A stretch of 64,000 nt of DNA. It comes from Ostreococcus lucimarinus (Eukaryota). The notes beneath the pieces are model-generated. The model saw nothing but the letters and a program-made list of their open reading frames with translations. It made no database searches and was not told the DNA's origin. Made by a program: the position numbers and the translations under genes. The stretch is from assembly GCA_000092065.1 (NCBI GenBank), contig CP000592.1; one strand, 5' to 3'. Positions 48,529 through 57,676 of this stretch are shown here, one piece after another. Position 1 is the stretch's first letter, and every line of letters starts with the position of its first letter.

Positions 48529-48743
48529 GGCCGCCGTCGCGCGCGGTCGCGGTGTGATGACGCGCCCGCTCATGAGTTTTGGGTGTTGAACGACAAAAGG
48601 TCCGTGTGGATTCAGCTGATTAAAATTAAAACACACGCGCGGAGCACCGAGGACGCGCGGCGGTGATTGATTATTGGTGATTATCGGTGATCATCGCGCG
48701 ATCGAGGATCGAGCGCGACGGTCGGGGTTGACAAAATTTTCGC

Positions 48744-50366
48744 TCAGACGGCGCCGTAGGCGCCGCGCGCGCCGCGTCGGAGACGCGCGGCCTCGGGCGA
48801 CGCGTGACGGTGTCGCCTGTAAGCGACGAACGCCAAGGCGAGGAAACCGGTGAGAGCGACGGATGGGCCGATGAGCGACGCGTGGGAGTTCGAGGCGGCG
48901 TAGAGGGCTCGGCCCAAGGTTGGAACGCCGACGGGGCCGTCGCCGCCGACGGGGTAACCGCCGCCGGTGGTGCCGTCGCCGCCGACGGGGTAACCGCCGC
49001 CGGTGGCGCCGTCGCCGCCGACGGGGTAACCGCCGCCGGTGGTGCCGTCGCCGCCGACGGGGTGATCGCCGCCGGTGGTGCCGTCGCCGCCGACGGGGTA
49101 ACCGCCGCCGGTGGTGCCGTCGCCGCCGACGGGGTAACCGCCGCCGGTGGTGCCATCGCCGCCGACGGGGTAACCGCCGCCGGTGGTGCCATCGCCGCCG
49201 ATGGGGTGATCGCCGCCGGTGGTGCCGTCGCCGCCGTCGCCGCCGTCGCCGCCATCGCCGCCACCGCCGCCGATGCTGCCGTCGCCGCCTTCGCCGCCTT
49301 CGCCGCCGTCGCCGCCGTCGCCGCCGTCGCCGCCGTCGCCGCCGTCCACGTGAGCCAGGGCGTCTTCGCAGCCGGTGTTGACTTCCGGTAGGTTGGGCTT
49401 CGGATGACAGTGCGGGCCTTCTTCATCGTCGTCATCAGGGTTACCTTCGTCAAACTCACAACCAGCGTTTGCCTCGCATGCACTTTGGTCTTCGTCGCTC
49501 ATCGAACACTCAATGTCGCACAGGTCGATCTGCTTGTTGGTTTCCTTGACGAACGTCTGCAAGTCGCCAAATGTTCTCGGGCACACGTCGAAGCCCATGG
49601 CGTCCGACTCAGGGTGCGGGACGCAAAGTGCTCCGTTCGGGAGCTCTTCGTTCCATTCGCAGGCAATCATGCTAGTGCACGAGTCCGCATCGGTGCCCTC
49701 TCGACAAACCTCCACGCAAGGGTTGGTGGCGTCACCGCCGCCGTCGCCGCCGTCGCCGCCATCGCCGCCGTCGTGGCCGGTGGTGCCGTCACCGTCGCCG
49801 CCTTCGCCGCCTTCGCCGCCTTCGCCGCCTTCGCCGCCTTCGCCGCCTTCGCCGCCTTCGCCGCCGTTGCCGCCACCGCCGCCGTCGCCGCCGTCGCCGC
49901 CGTCCACGCGAGCCAAGGCGTCTTCGCAGCCAGTGTTGACTTCCGGTAGGTTGAACTTCGGACGACAGTGCGGGCCTTCTTCATCGCCGCCTTCAGGGTT
50001 TAGGCCTTCTTCATCGCCGCCTTCATCGCCGCCTTCAGGACCTTTGTCGAACTCACAACCAGCGTTTGCCTCGCACGTACTTTGGTCGTCGATGATCGAA
50101 CACTCGACTTCGCACAGGTTGATCTGCTGAATGTTGTTGGTAGTCTTGACGAACGTCTGTAACTCGCCAAATGTTTTCGGGCACGCGTCGAAGCCCATGG
50201 CGTACGACTCAGGGTGCGGGACGCACGTCGAGTCCGCGTCGCCCCATTCGCAGGCGAGCATGGCGTCGCACGAGTCCGCGTCGGTTTTCGCTTGACAGAA
50301 GCCCTCGCAAGGGTTGTTGGCGTCGCCGCCAGCGGGGTAGCCGCCGTCGCCGCCATTGCCGCCGGT

Positions 50367-50409
<43 letters not shown>

Positions 50410-50534
50410 TTGCCGCCGGTGCCGCCGCCGGTGCCGCCGCCGCCGCCGCCATTGCCGCCGCCGCCATTGCCGCCGGTGCCGCCGCCGGTGCCGCCGCCGC
50501 CGCCGCCATTGCCGCCGGTGCCGCCGCCGCCGGT

Positions 50535-50595
<61 letters not shown>

Positions 50596-50912
50596 TTGCC
50601 GCCGGTGCCGCCGCCGGTGCCGCCGTCGCCGCCGTGACCGCCGCCGGTGCCGCCGTCGCCGCCGTGACCGCCGCCGTGACCGCCGTGACCGCCGCCCTGA
50701 CCGCCGCCGTGACCGCCGTGACCGCCGCCGTGACCGCCGCCGTGACCGCCGTGACCGCCGCCCTGACCGCCGCCGTGACCGCCGTGACCGCCGCCCTGAC
50801 CGCCGACAGCGTGACCGCCGACGTGACCGCCGTCACCCTCGCCGCGCGCCGCGTCGTCCGCGCGATCCGCCTCCTCCGTCGTCGCCGCCGTCACCGCGCC
50901 GCGTCGCGTCAT
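48744..50912 (-). CDS. glycine-rich, cysteine-module cell-surface-type protein with C-terminal TM anchor
   Basis: His/Gly-rich (GGHGG)n and a poly-Gly tract of about 100 aa come first. Two copies of a ~130-aa 10-Cys module (NPC..C...SC....ACEW...C.PHPES.AMGFD.CP.TFG.LQTFVK...C..ECS......C.ANAGCEFD) follow. Then come nine YPVGGDGTTGG repeats and a C-terminal hydrophobic helix plus basic tail. The start is uncertain, no signal peptide is seen at the chosen ATG 50912, and the track ORF extends to 51095 into a duplicated AT-rich element. Confidence 0.55.
48940..49235. repeat. 33-nt tandem repeat x9 (encodes GGYPVGGDGTT units)
   Basis: gacggggtaaccgccgccggtggtgccgtcgccgcc units are seen directly with minor variants. 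Confidence 0.85.
50340..50640. repeat. near-pure (GCC)n trinucleotide tract (~300 nt) encoding poly-Gly on the minus strand
   Basis: Seen directly, with occasional ATT/GGT interruptions. Confidence 0.9.
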
Positions 50913-51042
50913 CGCGCGTTCGAGCGTTCGAGTACGTTCGCGGTCGCGCGCGCGCGTCGCGGGAGCGCTCGCGTGTGTCGCGCGCGCGTCGTTCGCCGTC
51001 GACGACGCCGATCCATCATCGCTGACGCGGATCGGGGGTGTT

Positions 51043-51300
51043 GCGCAGAGTCGGAATCTTCGATATACCGTAAATATACGCCTTTGTATGTACATTAAAC
51101 ACGTAGAGTAACTCGTAACACCCCATCAATATGCGTGGAGCGAGACGCGCGGCGTGCGACCTCTCTGTGTGTGACGCAGCGTCGGAATCTTCGATATGCC
51201 GTAAATCTACTCTTGTGTATGTACATTAAACACGTATAATCACTAGTAACACTCTATGTGTGGAAACGCGTGCGACCTCTCTGCGTGCCCAGACTGCGCG
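51043..51300. repeat. ~130-bp AT-rich segment tandemly duplicated (2 copies, ~85% identity) in intergenic region
   Basis: Copy 1 is gtcggaatcttcgatataccgtaaatatacgcctttgtatgtacattaaacacgtagagtaactcgtaacac...gtgcgacctctctgtgtg. Copy 2 is gtcggaatcttcgatatgccgtaaatctactcttgtgtatgtacattaaacacgtataatcactagtaacac...gtgcgacctctctgcgtg. Confidence 0.8.
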
Positions 51301-51524
51301 CCATACGCACGACACGATTCGCCGCGCGCGTCGCGCGGACGCGCGAACGCCAGCGCGACGCGCGGATGCTCGCGCGCGCGATCGCGCGCGTCGAACCGCG
51401 ACCGCGCGGCGACGCGCGCGCGACGCGACGAGCGGCGATTCGACCGAACGCGGCGACGAATCGTTCGATGATCGCGCGCGCGATTCGAAATCGCGCGATT
51501 CGAACGACGCGCGCGCGATTCGCG

Positions 51525-52094
51525 ATGGACGGGACGTCGGCGCGCGCGATGGGGACGTCGGAGACGGTGGCGACGGCGACGCGCGTCGGGAGCGCGCGAG
51601 AGGGGTCGGGAGCGACGGCGGGCGCGCGAGCGACGACGCCGGTGCGAGGCGCGCCGCCGTTGCCGCCGGCGGCGGCGAGAGCGCCGACGCGGGCGCCGAC
51701 GGGAGGCGCGGGGACGACGGGACGCGAGCGCGACGGCGGAGGGAAACCCGCGCTGGGGGGGATCGTGCCGGAGGACATCGACGCGGTGTATCATCAGATG
51801 CAACACTTGGGGAATAAGTGGGCGGACGCGCACGCGGAGGCGGAGATGCTGGAGGAGGCGAAGAAGTGCGTGTTGGCGACGATCACGCTGCATTACATCG
51901 GGGACGGTGGTACGAAGGCGGCGGCGGAGGTGCAGGCGTACGCGTCGCAGGAGTATCAGGATCACATTAAACGCATGGTCGAGGCGCGGAGACGGGCGAA
52001 TTTGGCCAAGATCGAGCTCGAGAGCATCAAGACGCACTTAAACTTGACGAGGACGTACGAGGCGACGCGACGGGAGGAGATGAAGATGCTCTGA
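51525..52094 (+). CDS. hypothetical protein with C-terminal ~110-aa helical/coiled-coil domain
   Basis: The C-terminal block is GIVPEDIDAVYHQMQHLGNKWADAHAEAEMLEEAKK...ELESIKTHLNLTRTYEATRREEMKML. The N-terminus is Arg/Ala-rich. The ATG at 51525 is in frame with the track ORF from 51258, which starts inside the duplicated element. Confidence 0.35.
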   Translation: MDGTSARAMGTSETVATATRVGSAREGSGATAGARATTPVRGAPPLPPAAARAPTRAPTGGAGTTGRERDGGGKPALGGIVPEDIDAVYHQMQHLGNKWADAHAEAEMLEEAKKCVLATITLHYIGDGGTKAAAEVQAYASQEYQDHIKRMVEARRRANLAKIELESIKTHLNLTRTYEATRREEMKML

Positions 52095-52187
52095 GCGCGA
52101 TGCGACGGATTTTTCATCGATTTTTGTGCGCTGTGTGAATGACAACGAAATTTTCATGAAATCTACAAACGACCGACGCGTCTCGCT

Positions 52188-53252
52188 CTAAAGCGCGTCT
52201 AGGCCGAGCTCGGCGCTGTATCCGCCCATCTTCTTCGCGTCGCTCACGAGCTCGACCATGCGCGCGACGCCGCCGCCGATCTGAATCATCGTCGCGCATC
52301 CCTCGGAAAGGCGCAAATGCGTGAATCCTATGATGCGAATCAACTCGAGCTTGATGAACTCTGGCATCGCCGTATCGTCAAAATTTTTACACACTCGGTA
52401 CATGGTGCCGATGATGTCGAACACCGAATACCCTTGGTCGTGCAGCGACTTCAAGCGCGCGTACGCGTCATCGACGTTCCCTTGCAAAATGAACGAAAAC
52501 GCGTCTCGCACGATGTTCGGATGCGGTTGATCGCACACTCGAAACACGTTTTCCTCGTTCACCATCCCGAAACCGAGCGCCGTCGATTGCAAGTTATTCA
52601 ACGCCTGTCTCATGTCCCCATCCGCGGTGAACACGATCGCCTCTAAACCTTTCGGCACGTACGTCACCTTCTCCGCCTCCACCACGGTCATCAACCTCTT
52701 CAAAACCTGTGCGTCCGTCAGTTTCCCGAACCGCACGATCGCGCACCGCGACTGAATCGGTTCGATCACCTTCTCACTCGTGTTACACGCCAACGCAAAC
52801 CGCGTCGTCGCGCTGTAAATCTCCATCGTTCTTCGCATCGCTTGCTGCGCCGCCGTCGTCATGCTATCCGCCTCGTCCAATATCACCAGTTTCGTTCGTC
52901 CCGGCGCGAGCGTCACCTTTTTCTGCGCAAACATTTTAATCTTATTCCTCACCACATCGATCCCTCGCTCGTCGCTCGCGTTCATCTCCAGCACCGCCTC
53001 CTTGTATTTATCTCCCAGCAGCTCTCGCGCCAGCACGCCGATCGCGGACGTCTTCCCGCACCCCGGGGGACCGGAAAAGATCAAGTTTGGCATGAAGCCG
53101 CTCCGCACCATGGTTCGCATGCGATCGACCGCGTCGTCGTTCCCGACGAGATCGTCCAGGGTCTTGGGGCGGTACTTCTCGACCCACGGCATGCCGTCGT
53201 CGCTTTTGGGCTTCTGCGCCGCGCGCAGGGCGGCGAAGGCGTCGGCGACCAT
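52188..53252 (-). CDS. RFC: replication factor C small subunit (AAA+ clamp loader; RFC2/RFC4-type)
   Basis: PWVEKYRP, the Walker [10 protein letters not shown], the DEAD-like [10 protein letters not shown] and the SRC motif (SRCAIVRF) are all present. The ATG at 53252 was verified. Confidence 0.9.
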   Translation of the reverse strand: MVADAFAALRAAQKPKSDDGMPWVEKYRPKTLDDLVGNDDAVDRMRTMVRSGFMPNLIFSGPPGCGKTSAIGVLARELLGDKYKEAVLEMNASDERGIDVVRNKIKMFAQKKVTLAPGRTKLVILDEADSMTTAAQQAMRRTMEIYSATTRFALACNTSEKVIEPIQSRCAIVRFGKLTDAQVLKRLMTVVEAEKVTYVPKGLEAIVFTADGDMRQALNNLQSTALGFGMVNEENVFRVCDQPHPNIVRDAFSFILQGNVDDAYARLKSLHDQGYSVFDIIGTMYRVCKNFDDTAMPEFIKLELIRIIGFTHLRLSEGCATMIQIGGGVARMVELVSDAKKMGGYSAELGLDAL

Positions 53253-53306
53253 GGCGAGGAGTGACGCGATCTGGCTGTCAGATTTAAAAAAATGATTTCG
53301 ACGCGA

Positions 53307-53340
53307 ACGCGAACGCGAACGCGAACGCGAACGCGACGAC
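53307..53340. repeat. (GCGAAC)5 hexanucleotide microsatellite
   Basis: Seen directly: cgcgaacgcgaacgcgaacgcgaacgcgaacgcgac. Confidence 0.85.
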
Positions 53341-53414
53341 GCGACGCGACGTCTGACTAACGGCTAATCGTGACTACAATCTAAATAATATAGTCCGCGA
53401 TTTACGAACGGTCG

Positions 53415-54113
53415 CTACGCCGCGGTGGCGTCGCAGTCGGCGTCGGCGACGAACGCGCGAAGCCGCTCGAAGAAGAGCTCGCGATACAGCGGCGAGCGAG
53501 GCACGTACTCGTACGGCCCCTTCGCCCCGACCGCGTCCACGCGCGCGGCGGCGTCCGCCAACGCGCGCTCTAACGCATCGAATTCAATCCATTTCGTCGC
53601 CGTGACTTCGGCCAAACCGATCGCGAATTCATCCTCGTCGTCTTCGCCTTCGTCCCGTCGCGTCCATCGCGCGAAGTACACGTCCTCGAAACAGTTACAC
53701 CCCCCGAACGACGCCTGCGCCGCCGGCACCGTGAACTGAAACACCAGCGCGTCTTCGCGCTCTAACTCAACCCCGAGCTCCTCCGCCAGCTCGTGTCGCG
53801 CCGTTCGCCTCGACGATCCGCCGTCCTCCGCGCCGACGTGTCCCGCCGCGCCGACGTCCCACGCGCCGGGAAACGTGTCCTTCATCGCGCTTCGCTTCTG
53901 CACCACCACGCTTCGCGTTCGCGCGTCCACGAGCCACACGTGCGCGCTCCGGTGCCAATCACCGTCCGCGTGGACGTCCGCGCGCCGCTTCACCGCGCCC
54001 GTGGGCGTCGGCGCGTCGACGAACGCGTCGAAATCATCGCCGGGCGGCGCCATGACTTCAAACATCTCATCGCTCGATTGCGCGCTCGTCAGCGCGCGCG
54101 CGTTCTCGCGCAT
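53415..54113 (-). CDS. Nudix hydrolase
   Basis: The Nudix box is GAWDVGAAGHVGAEDGGSSRRTARHELAEELGV. ATGs at 54113 and 54065 are in frame and verified. The upstream 170 aa of the track ORF are Arg-rich artefact. Confidence 0.7.
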   Translation of the reverse strand: MRENARALTSAQSSDEMFEVMAPPGDDFDAFVDAPTPTGAVKRRADVHADGDWHRSAHVWLVDARTRSVVVQKRSAMKDTFPGAWDVGAAGHVGAEDGGSSRRTARHELAEELGVELEREDALVFQFTVPAAQASFGGCNCFEDVYFARWTRRDEGEDDEDEFAIGLAEVTATKWIEFDALERALADAAARVDAVGAKGPYEYVPRSPLYRELFFERLRAFVADADCDATAA

Positions 54114-54488
54114 GCCGCCGTCGCGCGCGTCCGCGTCGTCGGCGCGCGCTCTCTCGCGCGCGGCCGTCGCGGCGTCGCGCGCGTCGCGGAGTCGCGCGCG
54201 CCGACGACGCACTCCGCGACGCCACGATCGACGCGCGTCATGGCGCTCCGACGCGCGGGCGCGGCGCTCGCGCGACCGCTCGGGCGCGGATACGCATCGT
54301 GCGTGCGCGCGCGATCGACGCGCGCGACCGCGGACGCGCGCGCGCGCTTCGACGACGCGCGAGGGCGAACGCGCGCGGAAACCTCGCGCGCGCGCGGCGT
54401 TCGACGACGACGCGCGCGAGCGCGCGAGCGACGCGACGACGCGACTGACGAGCGCGCGCGGTGATGACGCGTCGCGCGCAGGATCTCG

Positions 54489-54812
54489 GTGACGGTGATG
54501 CGCGACGGCGTGCGCGCGACGATCGACGCGCGCGAGGGCGAGACGCTGGCGAGCGCGTTGGCGCGAGACGCGACGATGAAATCCGCGGTGCCGGTGATGA
54601 GCATCGATCGAGGACCGGACGCGCACGTCGTGATTCCCGATGCATTCTTGAAGCGGCTCCCGGCGCTGGACGCGCTGGAGATGGATAAACTAGAGGACGT
54701 CGCGGCGGGGTTGGGCGCGAATTCGCGCCTGGCGAGTCAGGTGACGCTGACCAAGGAGGTCGACGGATTAGTCGCGGCGATCGCGAAAGTGTACCCCGAG
54801 AACCCGATGTAA
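54489..54812 (+). CDS. adrenodoxin-like ferredoxin-fold protein lacking the Cys ligands (tentative)
   Basis: The terminal block NSRLASQVTLTKEVDGLVAAI parallels the adrenodoxin SRLGCQI.LTK motif with Ser in place of Cys. No Cys-x5-Cys-x2-Cys is present. The ORF ends in a non-GC-biased 3' region. Confidence 0.35.
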   Translation: MTVMRDGVRATIDAREGETLASALARDATMKSAVPVMSIDRGPDAHVVIPDAFLKRLPALDALEMDKLEDVAAGLGANSRLASQVTLTKEVDGLVAAIAKVYPENPM

Positions 54813-54825
54813 GTAACGTTTCTTA

Positions 54826-57312
54826 TCACAAATTGCGCGGCGCGGTCGACGTAGGACAGAACGGGTTCGGTCTGTGTGTCATTCGAAAGTGGATCTCTCT
54901 CGCGCGCGAGCGCGGGCTGAGCGAGTCGACGGAACGAGGGACGCCGGGAGGTCGCGCCGTGAGCGCAGACGACGGCTTACACTTCGGACGTTTCGTCGTC
55001 GACTGAGTCGCAGCACTTCGTTGTACGGGGTTATCGTCTTCTGAATCAGAGATCACGATGACGTCGGGTTCGCGTTTCCTCTTACCCGGCGCCCTCGCGC
55101 CGCCCGCGCCGCAAAATTCCGCGGCTTCGCGAATCGCTCGTCGATATTCTTCCTCTTCATCGAGTTCAGAGTCCTCGCCGTCGTCGTCAGTTTTCACCAA
55201 CTCGATCGTTTCTTTCGACTCCACGTTCGGTGTTTCGGCGACGGTGACGCCGTTGACTTTCGTCGCCGTGCTCGTCGGACTTCCGTCGTCGCCGTCGAGT
55301 TTCCAAGTGACGCTGTAACCCGAAATCACCGGCGCGTACCATCTCAGTTGCGATGCATCTAACGGGGGCGCGCCTGCATCTTCGCGAGGACGCCAATGTC
55401 CGTCTTTGTTTATCTCTATTCGGCTCACCTTGCTCAACGCTCGTTCTGTAACTTTATCCACGCAGTACTTGATGAAGCTGTCGACGCGCAAATCCGACGG
55501 ACCGCCCTTTTTACCACACTCCGGACAGCACCACTTTCGACTCACCGTGTTGAGTTGCAAAAAGCTCTCCGCGTCGAACGCATGCAAGCCAACGCACGAA
55601 GATAATCTCGCCGGATTGCGACAAACTTGCCCACTAATTGGACAACGTAGCGAGACCAACGCGACGTCTTCCATGATGACTTCGTCGTCCTTCTCGGTGA
55701 ATCCGAGATGTTTGAGTGCATTTCGTAGCGCCACACCCACGGAGGCGGCTTTTGGTATAGACGCCGCGACTTCTTCGAGCGTGCGCTTTCGTACGATACG
55801 CAAAGCGATCATGAAAGCGCCGCGTCTATCTCGATGAAACATGCGGAAATGATTTGAACCGCTTCGCAAGCGAGACGCGGGAATGCGCACCGAGGGATCT
55901 CTCGTCGACTTGGTCACGCTCTTCACCGTCGATCGCTTGACCACGGTCAACGTGTGATCGTTCGCGGTGAGGTATACGTCTAATGGCCACTGCATGCGTT
56001 CCTTCACATCGTCGTTTTGTAACATGCACACCGCTTGCAGCTCGAACTCGTCCTCGCGTTGTAAAAAGTGCAAATCCGTGGCGGACAAAAAGAAGCACTG
56101 CTGGAACGTCTTCATCGGCACGACTTTTTGTGGTTTCACTAAATCACCTGGAGGATACGATGGATTGTCCGCCGATGAGATCATTTCAAACATGGGATCA
56201 GCCTTCTCCAGCCGCTGATAGAACGTGCGCTCCTCCGGCGTCGCTCCGGGAAGCGTAGCCGCGGCTTTCGACGGCGCGTTGGCGCGCGCCTCTGGCGAAG
56301 ATACTTTTTCAGCCTTTTTCATCGGCGATGCGCGCGCCATGACTTCGCGTCGAAACATTTCTCTACTTAAATTTTCCATCCCAGCGTTCTCGTCAGCCGT
56401 GGGCGGTGGACCCGCCGTCGCCGTCGAACCCGTCGCCGGAGGCGCCGTCGCCGTCGAACCCGTCGCGCGCCTGTCTTCAGCACACTTCGGCTTTGATCGC
56501 CAGTACGGAAACATCGACGCATTCTCAGGCGCTCTGACGTACGCTAAAGCTCTCCGGACCTCGCCGTGAATCCTATCCGGCGTCAACGAGTGCACTTGTT
56601 CTATCGGAGACTGTTGCCCAAACAGGCTGTACAACCTATCCATCGCCCGCGCGTTCGCCCTGGGATCGTTCGACCAATGCCCCTCACCGCAGAACCGCGC
56701 CGGTGGCAACATCGGACAATCCATCGCATCGATCCACTGCCGTTTACTCAGCGGCAATTCCTCGTACACCGCGTCGTACAACAGGTACGCTCGCTCCGCC
56801 CTCGACGTCTCCGTCGAGTAATATCCGTCGACGCTCGAATTCGCCAACGCGTACCGCTCCTTCCAAACCCTCCCCGCGCTCGCCTGATCGCTCGCCGTCG
56901 CGAACGATTCCTCCTCGCCCGCCTTGACGCACACGAACGCGTCCTCGAACGCGCATCCCGCCCCGTCGCGCACCATCCTCAGCGTCGCTCGCGCCGCGTC
57001 GCCTCGCCGCGTCGTCCCTCTCGCGAATCCTCTCCCCATCTGCCCCACGATCGCCCTCACGAGCGCCGCCTTCGTCCCGCTCTTCCGCAGGCTCATCGCG
57101 TCGCACATCGCGCGCAGTTCCTCGCACTGCATCGACGCGAGCGCCCTCGCGACGTCCTCGCGCGCGTCGCGTCGCAGGACGCACGCGAGGACATCCTTTC
57201 CCGTCGCTCGCTCAAACTCCGCGATCGAGCACGGCGCGAGCGGGTGGTGGAGCGGGCGCATCGCGTCGGAGCGCGACTCGCGCGCGCGCGCGTCGTCGGG
57301 CGGCATCGGCAT
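54826..57312 (-). CDS. SIZ1: SIZ1/PIAS-type SUMO E3 ligase (SAP, PINIT, SP-RING/MIZ, SIM)
   Basis: The SAP motif is LRAMCDAMSLRKSGTKAALVRAIV. The SP-RING is LRCPISGQVCRNPARLSSCVGLHAFDAESFL...WCCPECGKK. The SIM is VIVISDSEDD followed by an acidic run. Confidence 0.8.
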   Translation of the reverse strand: MPMPPDDARARESRSDAMRPLHHPLAPCSIAEFERATGKDVLACVLRRDAREDVARALASMQCEELRAMCDAMSLRKSGTKAALVRAIVGQMGRGFARGTTRRGDAARATLRMVRDGAGCAFEDAFVCVKAGEEESFATASDQASAGRVWKERYALANSSVDGYYSTETSRAERAYLLYDAVYEELPLSKRQWIDAMDCPMLPPARFCGEGHWSNDPRANARAMDRLYSLFGQQSPIEQVHSLTPDRIHGEVRRALAYVRAPENASMFPYWRSKPKCAEDRRATGSTATAPPATGSTATAGPPPTADENAGMENLSREMFRREVMARASPMKKAEKVSSPEARANAPSKAAATLPGATPEERTFYQRLEKADPMFEMISSADNPSYPPGDLVKPQKVVPMKTFQQCFFLSATDLHFLQREDEFELQAVCMLQNDDVKERMQWPLDVYLTANDHTLTVVKRSTVKSVTKSTRDPSVRIPASRLRSGSNHFRMFHRDRRGAFMIALRIVRKRTLEEVAASIPKAASVGVALRNALKHLGFTEKDDEVIMEDVALVSLRCPISGQVCRNPARLSSCVGLHAFDAESFLQLNTVSRKWCCPECGKKGGPSDLRVDSFIKYCVDKVTERALSKVSRIEINKDGHWRPREDAGAPPLDASQLRWYAPVISGYSVTWKLDGDDGSPTSTATKVNGVTVAETPNVESKETIELVKTDDDGEDSELDEEEEYRRAIREAAEFCGAGGARAPGKRKREPDVIVISDSEDDNPVQRSAATQSTTKRPKCKPSSALTARPPGVPRSVDSLSPRSRAREIHFRMTHRPNPFCPTSTAPRNL

Positions 57313-57676
57313 CGCGCGCGTCGCGTCGCCGCGCGTCGCGCGATGGCGTGCGCGCGTCGTCGCGTCGTCGCGCCGGCATGGGTATATGGCGTCTACACTA
57401 CGTTCGTGTACACAGTACAGTACGCATGTAGAGATCGATATGAGACCTCGAGTGTGTGTATAGTAGACCTCTCACTGGTTCGCAGTGGACGGGGCGAAAA
57501 CCCGGAAACCAACGTCGCCGCCGCGGCATCGCGCGACGCGCGATCGATCGAGCGACGCCCCGGCGCGCGCGACGGACGCGCGCGAGGTCGGACGCGCGCG
57601 CGCGACCGTCGACGCGGCGCGCGCGCGTCGTTTCCGGGAGCGGAAGCGCCGGAACGCGCGAAGGGCGAACGTCAAC

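Noticed and set aside
45900-50700. Arrays of direct repeats considered as possible CRISPR
   Set aside because: This is a eukaryotic context. The repeats are in frame within coding sequence (a protein-repeat stalk and Gly tracts), there are no spacer-like unique intervening sequences of uniform length, and no cas genes are present.
50171-51098. Plus-strand ORFs of 284, 294 and 93 aa encoding poly-Ala/Arg/Pro
   Set aside because: They are the opposite-strand reading of the (GCC)n tract in the Gly-rich gene, an artefact of the trinucleotide repeat.
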